This document shows, one piece after another, positions 27,313 to 37,505 of a DNA stretch of 64,000 bases (its first letter is position 1; the number at the start of each line of letters is the position of its first letter). Under the pieces are notes generated by a model. That model saw only the letters and a program-made list of their open reading frames with translations. It was not told where the DNA came from and ran no database searches. Made by a program: the position numbers and the translations under genes. This DNA is from Candidatus Brocadiia bacterium (GTDB taxonomy: Bacteria > Planctomycetota > Brocadiia > CAIUPP01), in contig JBEKCB010000011.1 of NCBI GenBank assembly GCA_050015075.1, positions 36,640 to 100,639 of the forward strand, written 5' to 3'.

Positions 27313-30300
27313 ATGGCTGCCGGGATAACGGACGAAACGAGAAACGGTCAATCGCCCGAAGCCGCCGAAGTCGTCCGGGCGCGGCTGAACCGCGCGAGGC
27401 AGGCCTGGCGCCGCATGGACGTCGCCGCCGTCCTCCTGCGCGGAGCGGTGGTCGTCCTCGCCGCCTTCCTCGCCGCCCTGGCGCTGGACAACCTGCTGCG
27501 GCTTCCCGGCTTCGTGCGCCTGGTCCTCGGCCTGGCGTTCGTCGCGGGCGCGGTTTACTTCCTCGGCTTCAAGGTTTTCCATCGCCTCATGCGCCGGCTC
27601 ACCGACGAGATGGTTGCCGCCCACGTCGAGCACAGCCATCCGGACCTCGACAATTACCTCATCAACGCGATCCTGCTGCAGAAGGCCGAATTCGCGGACC
27701 CGATCACGCGCCGCATGGCCACCTCGCAACTCGGCGAAGCGGCGCGCGCGGTGGATTCGCTCTCGCCCGCCGACCCGACGGGCCGCAAGGGCCTGCGGAA
27801 ATGGGGCCTGATCGCCGGCGGACTCTGCCTGGCGTCCGTCCTCTATGCCGCGGCGCTCCCGGCCTACTTCTCGAACGCGCTGCAGCGCTACGCCGCGCCG
27901 CAGAAATACATCCCGCCGGTGAGCGCGGTCATCCTGACCGTGACGCCCGGGAACGCGGATAAGCTCCAGGGCGATTCGCTGGTCGTGGAGGCGCGCGGGC
28001 CGGCGAGCGTCTACGCCCGGAAGGCGGAGATCACGTTCGAGGACCGCGCTTCCGGCCGGCGCGAGACGAAGCCGATGGCGTTCGAGGGCGGCTTCTTCTC
28101 ATATGAGTTCGCCGGCCTGCAGAGCGACTTCAGCTACCGCGTCAGCGCGGGCGATTTCGTCAGCGACCGATACGCCGTCACCGTCCGCACGCGGCCCGGC
28201 GTTCGAGAGGTCAAGCTCACGTACGTTTTCCCGGGCTACATGAATCTGCCCGACCAGGTCGAGCCGCCGAGCGCTATCGGGAACATCACCGCGCCGGTCG
28301 GCACGCGCGTCCGCATCGAGGCTTCAGCCGACCGCCCGATCAAGTCCGCGAGACTTTCCGTCGGGACGATGGCCGACGGGCAATGGACGGATACGCCGAT
28401 GACCGTCTCGGGCGGACAGACCGCCCAGGGCGGAATCGAGGTCGCGCGCAGCGGGCGATATCGGATCATCGTCCAGGACGCCGCGGACGTCCCGAACCAG
28501 CCGGTGGTCGCGCAGATCGTGGCGCTGCCGGACGACCCGCCGGTGGTGCGAGTGACCGATCCCGGGAAGGACATCACCCTGGACACGTCCGCGAAGCTCG
28601 CCGTCTCGGCCGTGGCCAAGGACGATTTCTCGCTTCAGGGAATGGCCTTCTTCATCCAGCGCGGCGCGGACAAGGACTGGGAGAAAGTCCGGAGCTGGTC
28701 GTACAAGGCGACCTCGCGCGAGACGCCGGAAGGCCTGGAGCTTGACCTCAAGCCGCTGAACCTCTCCGCCGGGACCGTGCTGAGCTACTACTTCCAGGCG
28801 AGCGACGGCATGCCGGGGCGCGACGCGACGGCCGGCCGCAGCCGCACGTACCAGGTGACCATCGGCGACGCCGCGGCGGTCAAGCGGAAGTCGGAGCAGG
28901 CGCTCGAAGCGCTGCGCGCGCTGATCACCCGGCTGATCGCCATGCAGAAGAGCAACCTCGCCGCCACGCACGACGTGCGCGGTTGGGCCGAAACGGGGAT
29001 GGAAGCCGCCGCGCCCGCGCCGCATGGCCTGGCCGAGCGCGCCAGCCCGCTCCGCAAAGCCGAGGAGGAAATCTACTCGACCGCGGTCCAGACCGTGCGC
29101 GAGAACGCCGAGAACGCCGCGGTGGACCTCCTCGACGGCCTTTCCTCGATCGCCTCGCACGAAGTCGTGCGCGCGCTGGACCAACTCGAAGCCGTCCGCG
29201 GCGCCCGGGAAAAAGCGCAGGCGCTGCCGGCGCTCGACACCGCCGCCGCGACCGAACAGCAGATCGCGGATCTGCTCGAAAAACTGCTGAGCGACCCGCA
29301 GGCCTTCGCCAGGGAGCGGCTGACGACGCCGCCGAAGACCCGCCAGGCCGACCAGGAGGAAGTGCTCCATGGGAACCGGGAGCGCGCCGAGCGCATGCTC
29401 GCGGCGGTCAAGGATTTCATCAAGGAACAGGAAGACGTGGTCAAGATGTCCAAGCAGCTCAAGGACACGCCGGTCAATGATTTCTCGAAGGGCGACGAGG
29501 AGAACCTCAAGAAGGTCAGCGACTCCGAGCTCAAATGGGCGAAATATTTCCAGGAACTCGCCACCGACCTGAGCAAGCTGCCGCCGCAGGATTTCTCGCT
29601 CGCGACCCAGGCCAAGGAATTCAACGAGATTTACACCGACGTGCAGAAAGCCGCCGACGCCGCGGACCAGAAGGCGGTCGAGCTGGCGGTGCCGCTCGAG
29701 CAGAGCGGCCTGGAACTCGCCAAGAGCCTGGAGACGAACATCGAGAAGTGGCTCTCGGAGTCGCCCGACCGGACCGCGTGGAAGATGGAGGACGCCGTCC
29801 AGGACTATGACGTGCCGCTGGCGGAGCTGCCCAAGGAACTCGAGGACCTCATCGGCGACCTGCTGGAGCAGGAGCAGGACCTGCTCGACGACGCGGCCGA
29901 CGCGACGAGCAACTGGCTCGACAGCATGGACAAGGGCGTCGGCTGGGGCGCCGCGGACGGTCCAATCGCCGACATGAGCGCCAAGGGCGTCACGGGCAAC
30001 GTGCTGCCCGACTCGCAGGAGATCGGCGGGCGCAGCGGCGAGGGCCGCACCGGGAAATCCAGCGGCCAGTACGTGCAGGACACCGCCAGCGGCAAGGGCG
30101 GCCGCACCACGCCGACGCGGCTGACGCTGGACCCCTACGAGGCCGGCTCGGTCAAGGACTCGAGCGCGGAGTCGCCCAGCGGCTCGACCGGCGGCGGCAA
30201 GGCGAGCGGCTTCGGCCAGGAAGGGCTTCGCGGTCCGATGCCGCCCACGGTGCGCGGCGAGCTCAAGCGCGTCACGCAGCTCCAGCAGCAGTTGATTGAC

Positions 30301-30636
30301 AAGGCGCAGAACCTCGACTACGGCCTGCGGAAATACAACTACCCGCACGGCGAACTCCCGAAGACCATCGAGCTGATGAAGCAGATTCAGACGAGCATCG
30401 AGCAGGGCGACATCCCGACCGCCGGGACGAGTTCGCGCATCGTGCTCTCGAACCTGACGGAGCTCAAGGACGTGGTCTCGCGGCAGAAGCGGCTCACGCG
30501 CGACAACTCGGCCTCGCTGCCGAAGGAAATCCGCGACGAGATCGCCGCCGGGGCGAACGAAGGCGTGCCGCCGGAATATCGCGACCTGGTCAGCGGCTAC
30601 TTCCGCGCGCTTTCCGAGGCGGGCACCGGGCCATGA
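27313..30636 (+). CDS. Large (1107 aa) polytopic membrane protein with long coiled-coil/extracellular region (possibly DUF4175-like)
   Basis: Three or four N-terminal TM helices, Ig-like segments, long alpha-helical stretches rich in E/K/A/L. The stop overlaps the next start (ATGA). Confidence 0.6.
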   Translation: MAAGITDETRNGQSPEAAEVVRARLNRARQAWRRMDVAAVLLRGAVVVLAAFLAALALDNLLRLPGFVRLVLGLAFVAGAVYFLGFKVFHRLMRRLTDEMVAAHVEHSHPDLDNYLINAILLQKAEFADPITRRMATSQLGEAARAVDSLSPADPTGRKGLRKWGLIAGGLCLASVLYAAALPAYFSNALQRYAAPQKYIPPVSAVILTVTPGNADKLQGDSLVVEARGPASVYARKAEITFEDRASGRRETKPMAFEGGFFSYEFAGLQSDFSYRVSAGDFVSDRYAVTVRTRPGVREVKLTYVFPGYMNLPDQVEPPSAIGNITAPVGTRVRIEASADRPIKSARLSVGTMADGQWTDTPMTVSGGQTAQGGIEVARSGRYRIIVQDAADVPNQPVVAQIVALPDDPPVVRVTDPGKDITLDTSAKLAVSAVAKDDFSLQGMAFFIQRGADKDWEKVRSWSYKATSRETPEGLELDLKPLNLSAGTVLSYYFQASDGMPGRDATAGRSRTYQVTIGDAAAVKRKSEQALEALRALITRLIAMQKSNLAATHDVRGWAETGMEAAAPAPHGLAERASPLRKAEEEIYSTAVQTVRENAENAAVDLLDGLSSIASHEVVRALDQLEAVRGAREKAQALPALDTAAATEQQIADLLEKLLSDPQAFARERLTTPPKTRQADQEEVLHGNRERAERMLAAVKDFIKEQEDVVKMSKQLKDTPVNDFSKGDEENLKKVSDSELKWAKYFQELATDLSKLPPQDFSLATQAKEFNEIYTDVQKAADAADQKAVELAVPLEQSGLELAKSLETNIEKWLSESPDRTAWKMEDAVQDYDVPLAELPKELEDLIGDLLEQEQDLLDDAADATSNWLDSMDKGVGWGAADGPIADMSAKGVTGNVLPDSQEIGGRSGEGRTGKSSGQYVQDTASGKGGRTTPTRLTLDPYEAGSVKDSSAESPSGSTGGGKASGFGQEGLRGPMPPTVRGELKRVTQLQQQLIDKAQNLDYGLRKYNYPHGELPKTIELMKQIQTSIEQGDIPTAGTSSRIVLSNLTELKDVVSRQKRLTRDNSASLPKEIRDEIAAGANEGVPPEYRDLVSGYFRALSEAGTGP

Positions 30637-31568
30637 AGATCGGGGCTGGAATCGCGGCGTTGGTTCTCCTCGTCCGGTTCGCCGCGGCCGCGGACCCGGC
30701 CGACGCGACGAAGGACCGCGACGGCCTGCCGCCGGCGCCGGACGGCGTGAAGTACCTTAACCGGGATTCCTGCGGCGCGATGCAGATAAAGGCGCTGAGC
30801 GGGAACCTGGTCAAGAACGGCAGCTTCGAGGACGGGCGCTGGTGGCCGGTCGGCTGGGACCCGTGCGACAAGCTCGGGACGTTCTGGGCCGCGGGCGGAA
30901 CGGACGGCAAGCGCTGCATCCGCATTGACACGAACCTGCAGGACGACCAGTGGGTGGCCTGGAACGAGAAGGTGCTCGCGATCGCCGCGCAGGCCGCCAG
31001 GCAAACCGCCGGCGATGCGCAGACCGCGGCGGAAGACCCGATCCCGAATCCGCCCGCCCGGCAGCCGACGAAGGCGCCCTATTACGATACCGTGGCCGGG
31101 AACCACGGCATCCATTACCGGTGCGAATTGATCCGCGTCGAGCCCGGCGCGATCTACCGGCTGAGCGTGGACGCGCGCAACACCTGCGGCGGCGAGCCGA
31201 TGGTCTTCATCAAGGGCTTCTTCGGCCGGCCCACGATGACGGAATCCGGCGAGCAGGTCCTCGAGCGCAGCATCTACCGCGTCGAGCGGACGCTCCATAA
31301 TTCCGACGGTGAGTGGCGGCGGTTCGCCACCGTTTTCCACCCGGCGCTTTCCAAGTCCACCGTCGAGGGCAAAGCGAAGCAGCCGGAGTGGATGCGCGTG
31401 GAGCTTTACGCGTTCTGGCCGGTCGGGATCTACGAGTTCGACAATGTGCGGATCGAGGTCGTCGGCCACGAGGAAATCCAGCCGCCGCCGCAGCCGGCCG
31501 CCGCGAAGGAACCTGCGAAGCCCGCGAAACCGTTGAAGGACGACGAGTTTCCTGTTTTCGACAAGTAG
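30633..31568 (+). CDS. Secreted beta-sandwich protein, CBM4/9-like
   Basis: Signal peptide. NGSFEDGRWWPVGWD… pattern typical of CBM_4_9 carbohydrate-binding modules. Translationally coupled. Confidence 0.5.
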   Translation: MKIGAGIAALVLLVRFAAAADPADATKDRDGLPPAPDGVKYLNRDSCGAMQIKALSGNLVKNGSFEDGRWWPVGWDPCDKLGTFWAAGGTDGKRCIRIDTNLQDDQWVAWNEKVLAIAAQAARQTAGDAQTAAEDPIPNPPARQPTKAPYYDTVAGNHGIHYRCELIRVEPGAIYRLSVDARNTCGGEPMVFIKGFFGRPTMTESGEQVLERSIYRVERTLHNSDGEWRRFATVFHPALSKSTVEGKAKQPEWMRVELYAFWPVGIYEFDNVRIEVVGHEEIQPPPQPAAAKEPAKPAKPLKDDEFPVFDK

Positions 31569-31571
31569 GCG

Positions 31572-33674
31572 ATGGAGCGAATGACCCCGCAGCGAGCGAA
31601 CTGGTTGAGCCTCGGCGCCGTCCTTCTCGCGGCGGCGCTCAGCGGCCGTCCAGCGGCAGCGCAGGTGGTGCGGCCGGAGTGGTGGGATGCGGCCTGGCGC
31701 TACCGCGCGCTGTTGAAAGTTCCGGCCAAGGGGCCGGGCGCTTACCGCGCGTGGATCTTCGCGGGCGACCGCGCCAAGCCGGACGGTTCGGACATCCGCG
31801 TGGTCGCTCCGATGGGCCGGGTCGTGGATTTCGCCGTCGTCCGCTCGACGCCGTCGGGCCAGCACATGATCGTTTTCTCGGAGCCCACAGGCGACCACGG
31901 CGGCGGAACCTACGCGGTCTACTTCGGCAATCCCGCCGCGCCCGCGGTGGAGCAGAAGCCGCCGCAGATGGGGCTCGTGCTCAAGACGCTCGAGATGCCG
32001 CAGGGCATGAACGGCGCCACCTGGGCGGGCGTCCAGCAGTCCCTGGCCCGCGCGCGCGTCTTCGGCCTGGACTTCTGGAAGCAGGTCTTCGACGCCTACA
32101 ATCCCTTCGGGCCGCAGTCCAGGTACATCAGCGTTTACGACGGCTTCCTGGAGTGCCCGAAGTCGGGCATCTACAAGTTCGCGACGATGAGCGACGACGG
32201 CTCGTTCATGCTGGTGGACGGCGAACTCGTGGCGCAGTGGCCCGGCCAGGGGCACAACATTGACGAGTCGCGGCACGGCGAGAAGAACGGGCAGAAGAAC
32301 CTGACCGCCGGCCGGCACGCCTTCCGCTACGTCGGCCTGGCGTTCGACGGCGGCCGGCGGATGGCCGCGGTGTGGATGCCGCCGGGCGGTTCCGCGTGGC
32401 AAATCATCCCGCCTTCCGCGTTTCCGTCGGTGTTCGCCGTGCCGGTGCTGGCGACCGATGACTCCACCCGGCCGATCTGCGCCGCGTTCGGCGCGGAAGA
32501 GTTCCAGTACCTCGAGTGCGGCAATGCGCGCATGGTCGCCGTGCAGTTCACCTCGGAGAGCGGCGCGCAGGCCAGCGCGCTGACCCAGTGGTTCTGGGAG
32601 TTCGGCGACGGGTTGATCAGCCGCGAACGCGACCCGATCCACGTCTACATGCTGCCGGGCCGCTACCAGGTCACGCACACGACCCACGCCGCGGACCAAA
32701 GCTCGGACAGCTTCACGCTCACCGTCGAGGTCGAGCCGCTCCGGCAGGACCAGGATTTCAGTTTCGCGCGGAGACAGCAATTCTGGTTCTGGGTCCAGGA
32801 CTATCCGGTTGACAAGCTGGCGACGAAGCAGTTGCTCGCCTTCCGCTCGTTCCTGAAGGAGGTCGAGGAGCCGCGGCGGGTCTTCGATGCCGGCGTCGAG
32901 CTGGACCGGCGCCGGGCGGACCTCAGCAAGGCACAGCTCCACTCGGTGGCGCTGGACCTGGCCGAGTATTACACCGAGCCGCTGCGCAACTGGCAGGCCG
33001 CGGAGAAGTACTACCTGCTGGCGCTCGACCAGTGCGGCCCGCAGGATATCGAGCTCCGCGCGGACATCCGGTTCAAGCTGGCGGCCCTGCATTTTTACTA
33101 CGCCGGCGACGCGGCGAAGGCCGAGACGGAACTGGCCGCGCTCAGGGACGACTTGCCGAAATCGGACGCGACACGACGGCGACAAGCGGCGCTGCAAATC
33201 GGCGACATCGAACGCGACGAGGGCCACCTGGACGCGGCGCGCAAGATCTATCTCGAGGCCGAATCCGATCCGGCCTTCCTGCCGAAGGAGCCGCGGGCCA
33301 TCGCCGACGGGCGGTTCGCGCAGCAGGCCGAGGCCGAGATTCGCCAGGGCGACGGCGACGCGGCGCTCGCGCGGCTCGATGAATGGCTGTGGAACTTCCC
33401 GACGAAGCGGCTCGACGGGCCGCCGGTGGTGCTGCGGCTCAAGGCGCAGTTGCTTCGGAAGAAGTACGGCGAAGTCCGCCGGGAGGCGGCGACCTGGCTG
33501 AAATATGCGACCGACGCGGACTGCGTCCCGGAAGTCCAGGTGCTCGCCGGTCAGGCTTGCGCGGCGATGGGCGAGAAAGACGCGGCGCGGGAGTTCTTCC
33601 AGGGCGTCATCGAGAAGTGGCCGGAATCGGCCGCCGTGGCGGAAGCGAAGAGCGGGCTGGAACAGCTCAAGTGA
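31572..33674 (+). CDS. Secreted PA14 - PKD-like - TPR-like multidomain protein
   Basis: Signal peptide. PA14-like core (GIYKFATMSDDGSFMLVDGELV). PKD-like motif (WFWEFGDG…HVY..PGRYQVT). C-terminal helical repeats. Confidence 0.6.
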   Translation: MERMTPQRANWLSLGAVLLAAALSGRPAAAQVVRPEWWDAAWRYRALLKVPAKGPGAYRAWIFAGDRAKPDGSDIRVVAPMGRVVDFAVVRSTPSGQHMIVFSEPTGDHGGGTYAVYFGNPAAPAVEQKPPQMGLVLKTLEMPQGMNGATWAGVQQSLARARVFGLDFWKQVFDAYNPFGPQSRYISVYDGFLECPKSGIYKFATMSDDGSFMLVDGELVAQWPGQGHNIDESRHGEKNGQKNLTAGRHAFRYVGLAFDGGRRMAAVWMPPGGSAWQIIPPSAFPSVFAVPVLATDDSTRPICAAFGAEEFQYLECGNARMVAVQFTSESGAQASALTQWFWEFGDGLISRERDPIHVYMLPGRYQVTHTTHAADQSSDSFTLTVEVEPLRQDQDFSFARRQQFWFWVQDYPVDKLATKQLLAFRSFLKEVEEPRRVFDAGVELDRRRADLSKAQLHSVALDLAEYYTEPLRNWQAAEKYYLLALDQCGPQDIELRADIRFKLAALHFYYAGDAAKAETELAALRDDLPKSDATRRRQAALQIGDIERDEGHLDAARKIYLEAESDPAFLPKEPRAIADGRFAQQAEAEIRQGDGDAALARLDEWLWNFPTKRLDGPPVVLRLKAQLLRKKYGEVRREAATWLKYATDADCVPEVQVLAGQACAAMGEKDAAREFFQGVIEKWPESAAVAEAKSGLEQLK

Positions 33675-34500
33675 CGCGCTGCGGTCCGCCCAGGCCGGCG
33701 GCGATCAGCGCGGCGCCGGTGGCGACGACGAACTGGGGCTCGGGCGGCACGTAGACCGGTTGGCCGAGCGCGGACTCCAGCGCCGCGCGCACTCCGGCAT
33801 TCTGCGCGCCGCCTCCGGCGAAGAACAGCCCCTCGGCCGGCTCGCGCCCGCTCATCTGCCGGACCATCGTGGCGATCCGCGATGCGATCGCCGCGTGCAG
33901 CCCCGCGACGATGTCCTCCTTCTTCCTGCCCTGCGCGATGAGCGAGATGACCTCGCTTTCGGCGAACACCGCGCAAGTCGAGTTCAGCGGCACCGGCGCT
34001 CGCGACCGGAGCGACAGGCGGCCCATCTCGGAGAGGTCCAGTTCCAGGCAGGCGGCCATGAGCGTGAGGAAGCGGCCGGTGCCCGCCGCGCACTTGTCGT
34101 TCATGGCGAAATCGGCCACGTTGCCCTCCGCGTCCAGCACGATCACCTTCGTGTCCTGGCCGCCGAGGTCCGCGACGATTCGAGCGCGGCCCCAGGGCGC
34201 GCCGAGCCAGAACGCGCCGCGCGCCACCGCGGAGATCTCCGTCACCACGTCGCCGGCGAGCCGCGTCGCCCGCCGGCCGTAGCCGGTGATGACCACGCGC
34301 GAAACGGACGCGCGGTCCGCGCCGGCCGCTTGGAGCGCTTTCGCCCATGCCGTCTCCGCGGCGAGCGCCGGGTCCGCGCCGGTCGGCGCCATCCCGCGAC
34401 CGGCCACTTTGCCGCCGGCCAGGACCACCGCCTTGGCCGCAACGCTGCCGACGTCCACTCCGCAAGCCGTCAGGCCCTTCGATGTATAACCGGCGCGCAA
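33667..34500 (-). CDS. CoA-substrate-specific enzyme activase (BadF/BadG/BcrA/BcrD ATPase family; HgdC-like activator)
   Basis: N-terminal GVDVGS…K ATP-binding motif and DLGGQDTK, characteristic of the ASKHA-fold activators of 2-hydroxyacyl-CoA dehydratases. 8-bp convergent overlap with the previous gene. Confidence 0.75.
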   Translation of the reverse strand: MRAGYTSKGLTACGVDVGSVAAKAVVLAGGKVAGRGMAPTGADPALAAETAWAKALQAAGADRASVSRVVITGYGRRATRLAGDVVTEISAVARGAFWLGAPWGRARIVADLGGQDTKVIVLDAEGNVADFAMNDKCAAGTGRFLTLMAACLELDLSEMGRLSLRSRAPVPLNSTCAVFAESEVISLIAQGRKKEDIVAGLHAAIASRIATMVRQMSGREPAEGLFFAGGGAQNAGVRAALESALGQPVYVPPEPQFVVATGAALIAAGLGGPQRVT

Positions 34501-34510
34501 CGTCTTCCCT

Positions 34511-34594
34511 TTTTTTATATCGTACTCGTCCTCGTCGTCGTCCTCGTCCTCGAACGGCCGTTACGAACGGCCGAGGACGAGGCCGAGGACGATT
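34511..34594. repeat. Palindromic repeat family C, copy 2
   Basis: atcgtactcgtcctcgtcgtcgtcctcgtcctcgaacggccgttacgaacggccgaggacgaggccgaggacgat. Lies between nadC and the activase gene (same strand). Confidence 0.75.
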
Positions 34595-34621
34595 CCTCGC
34601 GGCTTCACCGCGCCGCGCTCT

Positions 34622-35557
34622 TCAATCCGCTCTCCGTGCCGCCGCTGGGCAAAACCACTCCGCCGGGTCGAGGTCCATCGCGAAGTCCGCCGCGGGCGCG
34701 GAGTGCGTCAGCATGCCGAGCGAAATCGTGTCCACGCCGGTCGCCGCGATGTGCGCGAGCCGGTCCGGCGTCACGCCGCCGCTCGCCTCGGTGATCGGGC
34801 GGCGGGCGCCGAACTTCTTGCGATACGCGCGGACGCGCCGCGCGGCCTCGCGCATACGGGCCGGCGTCATGTTGTCGAGCATGATGATGTCGGCCTCGGC
34901 GGTGATCGCGGCCTCGACCATCGGCAGCGACTCGACCTCGACCTCGATGAGCGTATTCCTTTCGACTCGTTCGCGCGCGCGCAGCACGGCCAGCCGGATG
35001 GCGCCGGCCCTGTCGCCACCCGCCTCGGCGAGCAGCGCGTTCAGGTGGTTGTCCTTGATCAGCACCTGGTCGTACAGCCCCATCCGGTGATTGGTCCCGC
35101 CGCCGGCGCGGACGGCGTATTTCTCCAGCGCGCGGAGGCCGGGCGTGGTCTTCCGCGTATCGAGGATCTTCACGTCGTGGCCCGCGACCGCCTCGACGCA
35201 GCGGCGGGTCAGCGTGGCGATGCCGCTGAGCCGCTGGATGAAGTTGAGCGCCGTCCGCTCGCCCGCCAGCAGCGTGCGGACCGGCCCGGCGATCTCCGCG
35301 ACCTGCTGGCCGCGGCGGACTCGCCGTCCGTCGGCGGTCAGCGGCTTGAAGGACGCGCTCGGGCGAAGCTGCCGGAAGACCTCTTTCGCGACGGCCAATC
35401 CCGCCACGACGCCGGGTGCGCGGCAGACGATGAACGCGCGTCCGCGCGCCGCGCGCGGAATGAGCGCCTCGCTCGTCACGTCGCCGGAGCCGAGATCCTC
35501 CGCCAGGGCGCGCCTGACGGCTTGCCGAATCTGATCGCGCGGAAGTGTCATGGGCAA
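34622..35557 (-). CDS. nadC: Nicotinate-nucleotide pyrophosphorylase (carboxylating), NadC
   Basis: QPRTase motifs (…AGERTALNF.QRLSGIAT…ILDTRKTTPGLR…KDNH…). Start is TTG at 35557 or ATG at 35551. Confidence 0.9.
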   Translation of the reverse strand: MPMTLPRDQIRQAVRRALAEDLGSGDVTSEALIPRAARGRAFIVCRAPGVVAGLAVAKEVFRQLRPSASFKPLTADGRRVRRGQQVAEIAGPVRTLLAGERTALNFIQRLSGIATLTRRCVEAVAGHDVKILDTRKTTPGLRALEKYAVRAGGGTNHRMGLYDQVLIKDNHLNALLAEAGGDRAGAIRLAVLRARERVERNTLIEVEVESLPMVEAAITAEADIIMLDNMTPARMREAARRVRAYRKKFGARRPITEASGGVTPDRLAHIAATGVDTISLGMLTHSAPAADFAMDLDPAEWFCPAAARRAD

Positions 35558-35725
35558 TGGGCGACCTTACTGAGTGTTGCGTCGAAGCGTCGGCGTTCGA
35601 TATCTTCCTCTCCATATTTTACCCGCACGACCCGCCTCTTGAACAGCGACCGAAACTCGGTTATCATCACGCAGGGTTCAAATCCAATCTTTGCCGGACA
35701 GGGCGCGGCCCTTTCTTCTGGAGGA

Positions 35726-36649
35726 ATGACGGAAATGAAGATCCACATCATGACGGACATGGAAGGCTGCGCGGGCGTCATGTGCGCGAACGAGTACATT
35801 TACTCGAACTCGAAGTATTACGAGGAGGCGCGCGACCTGGTCTCGCTGGAAGTCAGCGCGGCGGTCGAAGGCGCCCTCGAGGCGGGCGCGACGGAAGTCC
35901 TCGTCGCCGACGGGCACGGTCCGAGCGCGATCAAACGGGCGCTGCTGCACCCGCGCGCGAAACTGCTCGGCGGGCGGCCGTATTCGCCCGGCCTGCCATC
36001 GTTCGGCTGCGACGGCACCTTCGCCGCCTCCATCGTCATCGGCCAGCACGCCAAGACCAACACCGACGGCGGCCACCTCTGCCACACGATGAGTTTCGGC
36101 GTCGAGGATTACAGCCTGAACGGGCGCTCCATCGGCGAACTCGGACTGTGGATGCTGATCGCGGGCTATTACAACGTGCCGGTCGTCATGGTCAGCGGCG
36201 ACCAGGCCGCCTGCGACGAGGCGCGGTCGCTGGTGCCGAACATCGAGGTCGCGCCGGTGAAATGGGGCATCAAGCGCGGCTCCGCGAGCGGGCTGACGAA
36301 GGAGCAGAACAGCGTTTTCAACTCCGTCGCCGTCCACCTGCACCCGAACGAGGCGAGGGCGGTGATCCGCGAGCACGTTTGCCGCGCGGTCAGGCGCATC
36401 CCTGAAATCACGCCGTTCCGGGTGGACGCGCCGTACACGTTCACGATCTCCACGCGGCCCTCAAAGGACCGGAAGCGCGGTGAGAAAATGACGCTCAAGT
36501 CGGCCGATTTCCTGGACCTGATGGGCGGACTCAGCCGGCCGCCCAAGGCCGCGCAAAAGGCGCCCGGCCGTCCCGCGCGCTCCGCAAAGCCCGCTGCGCA
36601 GGCCAGGGCGAAGCGCTCCGCTGCGCCGAAGCGCGGCAAGAAGCGCTGA
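35726..36649 (+). CDS. dppA: Peptidase M55, D-aminopeptidase DppA family, with a Lys/Arg/Ala-rich C-terminal tail
   Basis: N-terminus MKIHIMTDMEGCAGV… is the hallmark of the DppA/M55 family. A start at 35735 is also possible (GGAGGA SD at 35719-35724). Confidence 0.75.
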   Translation: MTEMKIHIMTDMEGCAGVMCANEYIYSNSKYYEEARDLVSLEVSAAVEGALEAGATEVLVADGHGPSAIKRALLHPRAKLLGGRPYSPGLPSFGCDGTFAASIVIGQHAKTNTDGGHLCHTMSFGVEDYSLNGRSIGELGLWMLIAGYYNVPVVMVSGDQAACDEARSLVPNIEVAPVKWGIKRGSASGLTKEQNSVFNSVAVHLHPNEARAVIREHVCRAVRRIPEITPFRVDAPYTFTISTRPSKDRKRGEKMTLKSADFLDLMGGLSRPPKAAQKAPGRPARSAKPAAQARAKRSAAPKRGKKR

Positions 36650-36663
36650 AATGGCTGCCGGGA

Positions 36664-37467
36664 GTGACTGACATGCCTGGCCCTTCCGCGACGGACCTGA
36701 TGCCGCTGATCTTCGTCGGCCACGGCAATCCGATGAATGCCGTGGCGCGGAATGCCTGGACCGACGGCTGGGCCTCGATCGGGAAGTCAATTCCGCGTCC
36801 CCAGGCGGTGCTATCCGTTTCCGCCCACTGGTATGTTTCGTCCACGGCGGTGACGGCCGGCCGCGCGCCGAAAACCATCCACGACTTCGGCGGATTCCCG
36901 CAGGAACTTTACGACATCGAATATCCCGCGCCCGGAAGTCCGAAGCTCGCGCGACGCGTCAGCGACTTGCTCGGACCGGTGTCCGCCGGGCTGGACAAAA
37001 GCTGGGGGCTCGATCATGGGACCTGGGCGGTGCTGTGTCACGTTTTCCCGAAGGCGGACGTCCCCGTCGTGCAACTGAGCATTGACCGGAGGCAGCCGCC
37101 GGAATTCCATTATGAAATCGGAAAACGGCTGGCGCCGCTGCGCGAGGAAGGCGTCCTGGTCATCGGGAGCGGCAACATCGTCCATAACCTGCATGCGTAT
37201 GCGTGGGGCAGGCAGGGAATCAACCCATTCGATTGGGCGGTCCGATTCGAGAAGCGCGCGCGGGAGTTGCTGATCGAAGGAAACGATGCTGTCCTGGTCG
37301 CCTATGAGAAACTGGGCCGCGACGCGATGCTCTCAATCCCGACGCCGGACCACTACCTGCCGCTGCTGTACGTGCTCGGCGCGCGGAGAAAAGACGAGCC
37401 GGTCCGCTTCCCGGTCGAGGGGATTGACGGCGGCTCCGTCTCCATGCTCGCCGTCCAGCTCGGCTGA
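36664..37467 (+). CDS. ygiD: Class III extradiol ring-cleavage dioxygenase (LigB family; YgiD/4,5-DOPA dioxygenase-like)
   Basis: …PLIFVGHGNPMN…SAHW…DHG.W…IGSGN.VHNL conserved His ligand pattern of the LigB/YgiD family. Confidence 0.8.
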   Translation: MTDMPGPSATDLMPLIFVGHGNPMNAVARNAWTDGWASIGKSIPRPQAVLSVSAHWYVSSTAVTAGRAPKTIHDFGGFPQELYDIEYPAPGSPKLARRVSDLLGPVSAGLDKSWGLDHGTWAVLCHVFPKADVPVVQLSIDRRQPPEFHYEIGKRLAPLREEGVLVIGSGNIVHNLHAYAWGRQGINPFDWAVRFEKRARELLIEGNDAVLVAYEKLGRDAMLSIPTPDHYLPLLYVLGARRKDEPVRFPVEGIDGGSVSMLAVQLG

Positions 37468-37505
37468 CCCTGATGCAGGACGTACTGCAAGTCCAGGCTG
37501 AGTTC

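Noticed and set aside
28324-33227. Long minus-strand ORFs (674 aa and 876 aa) antisense to the 1107-aa membrane protein and PA14 protein genes
   Set aside because: Arg/Ala/Gly-rich, no domain signatures. The sense-strand genes have signal peptides, TM segments and recognisable domains.
34703-36649. 648-aa composite plus-strand ORF
   Set aside because: Only the last 307 codons (from about 35726) have DppA/M55 homology and an SD. The upstream part is antisense to nadC.
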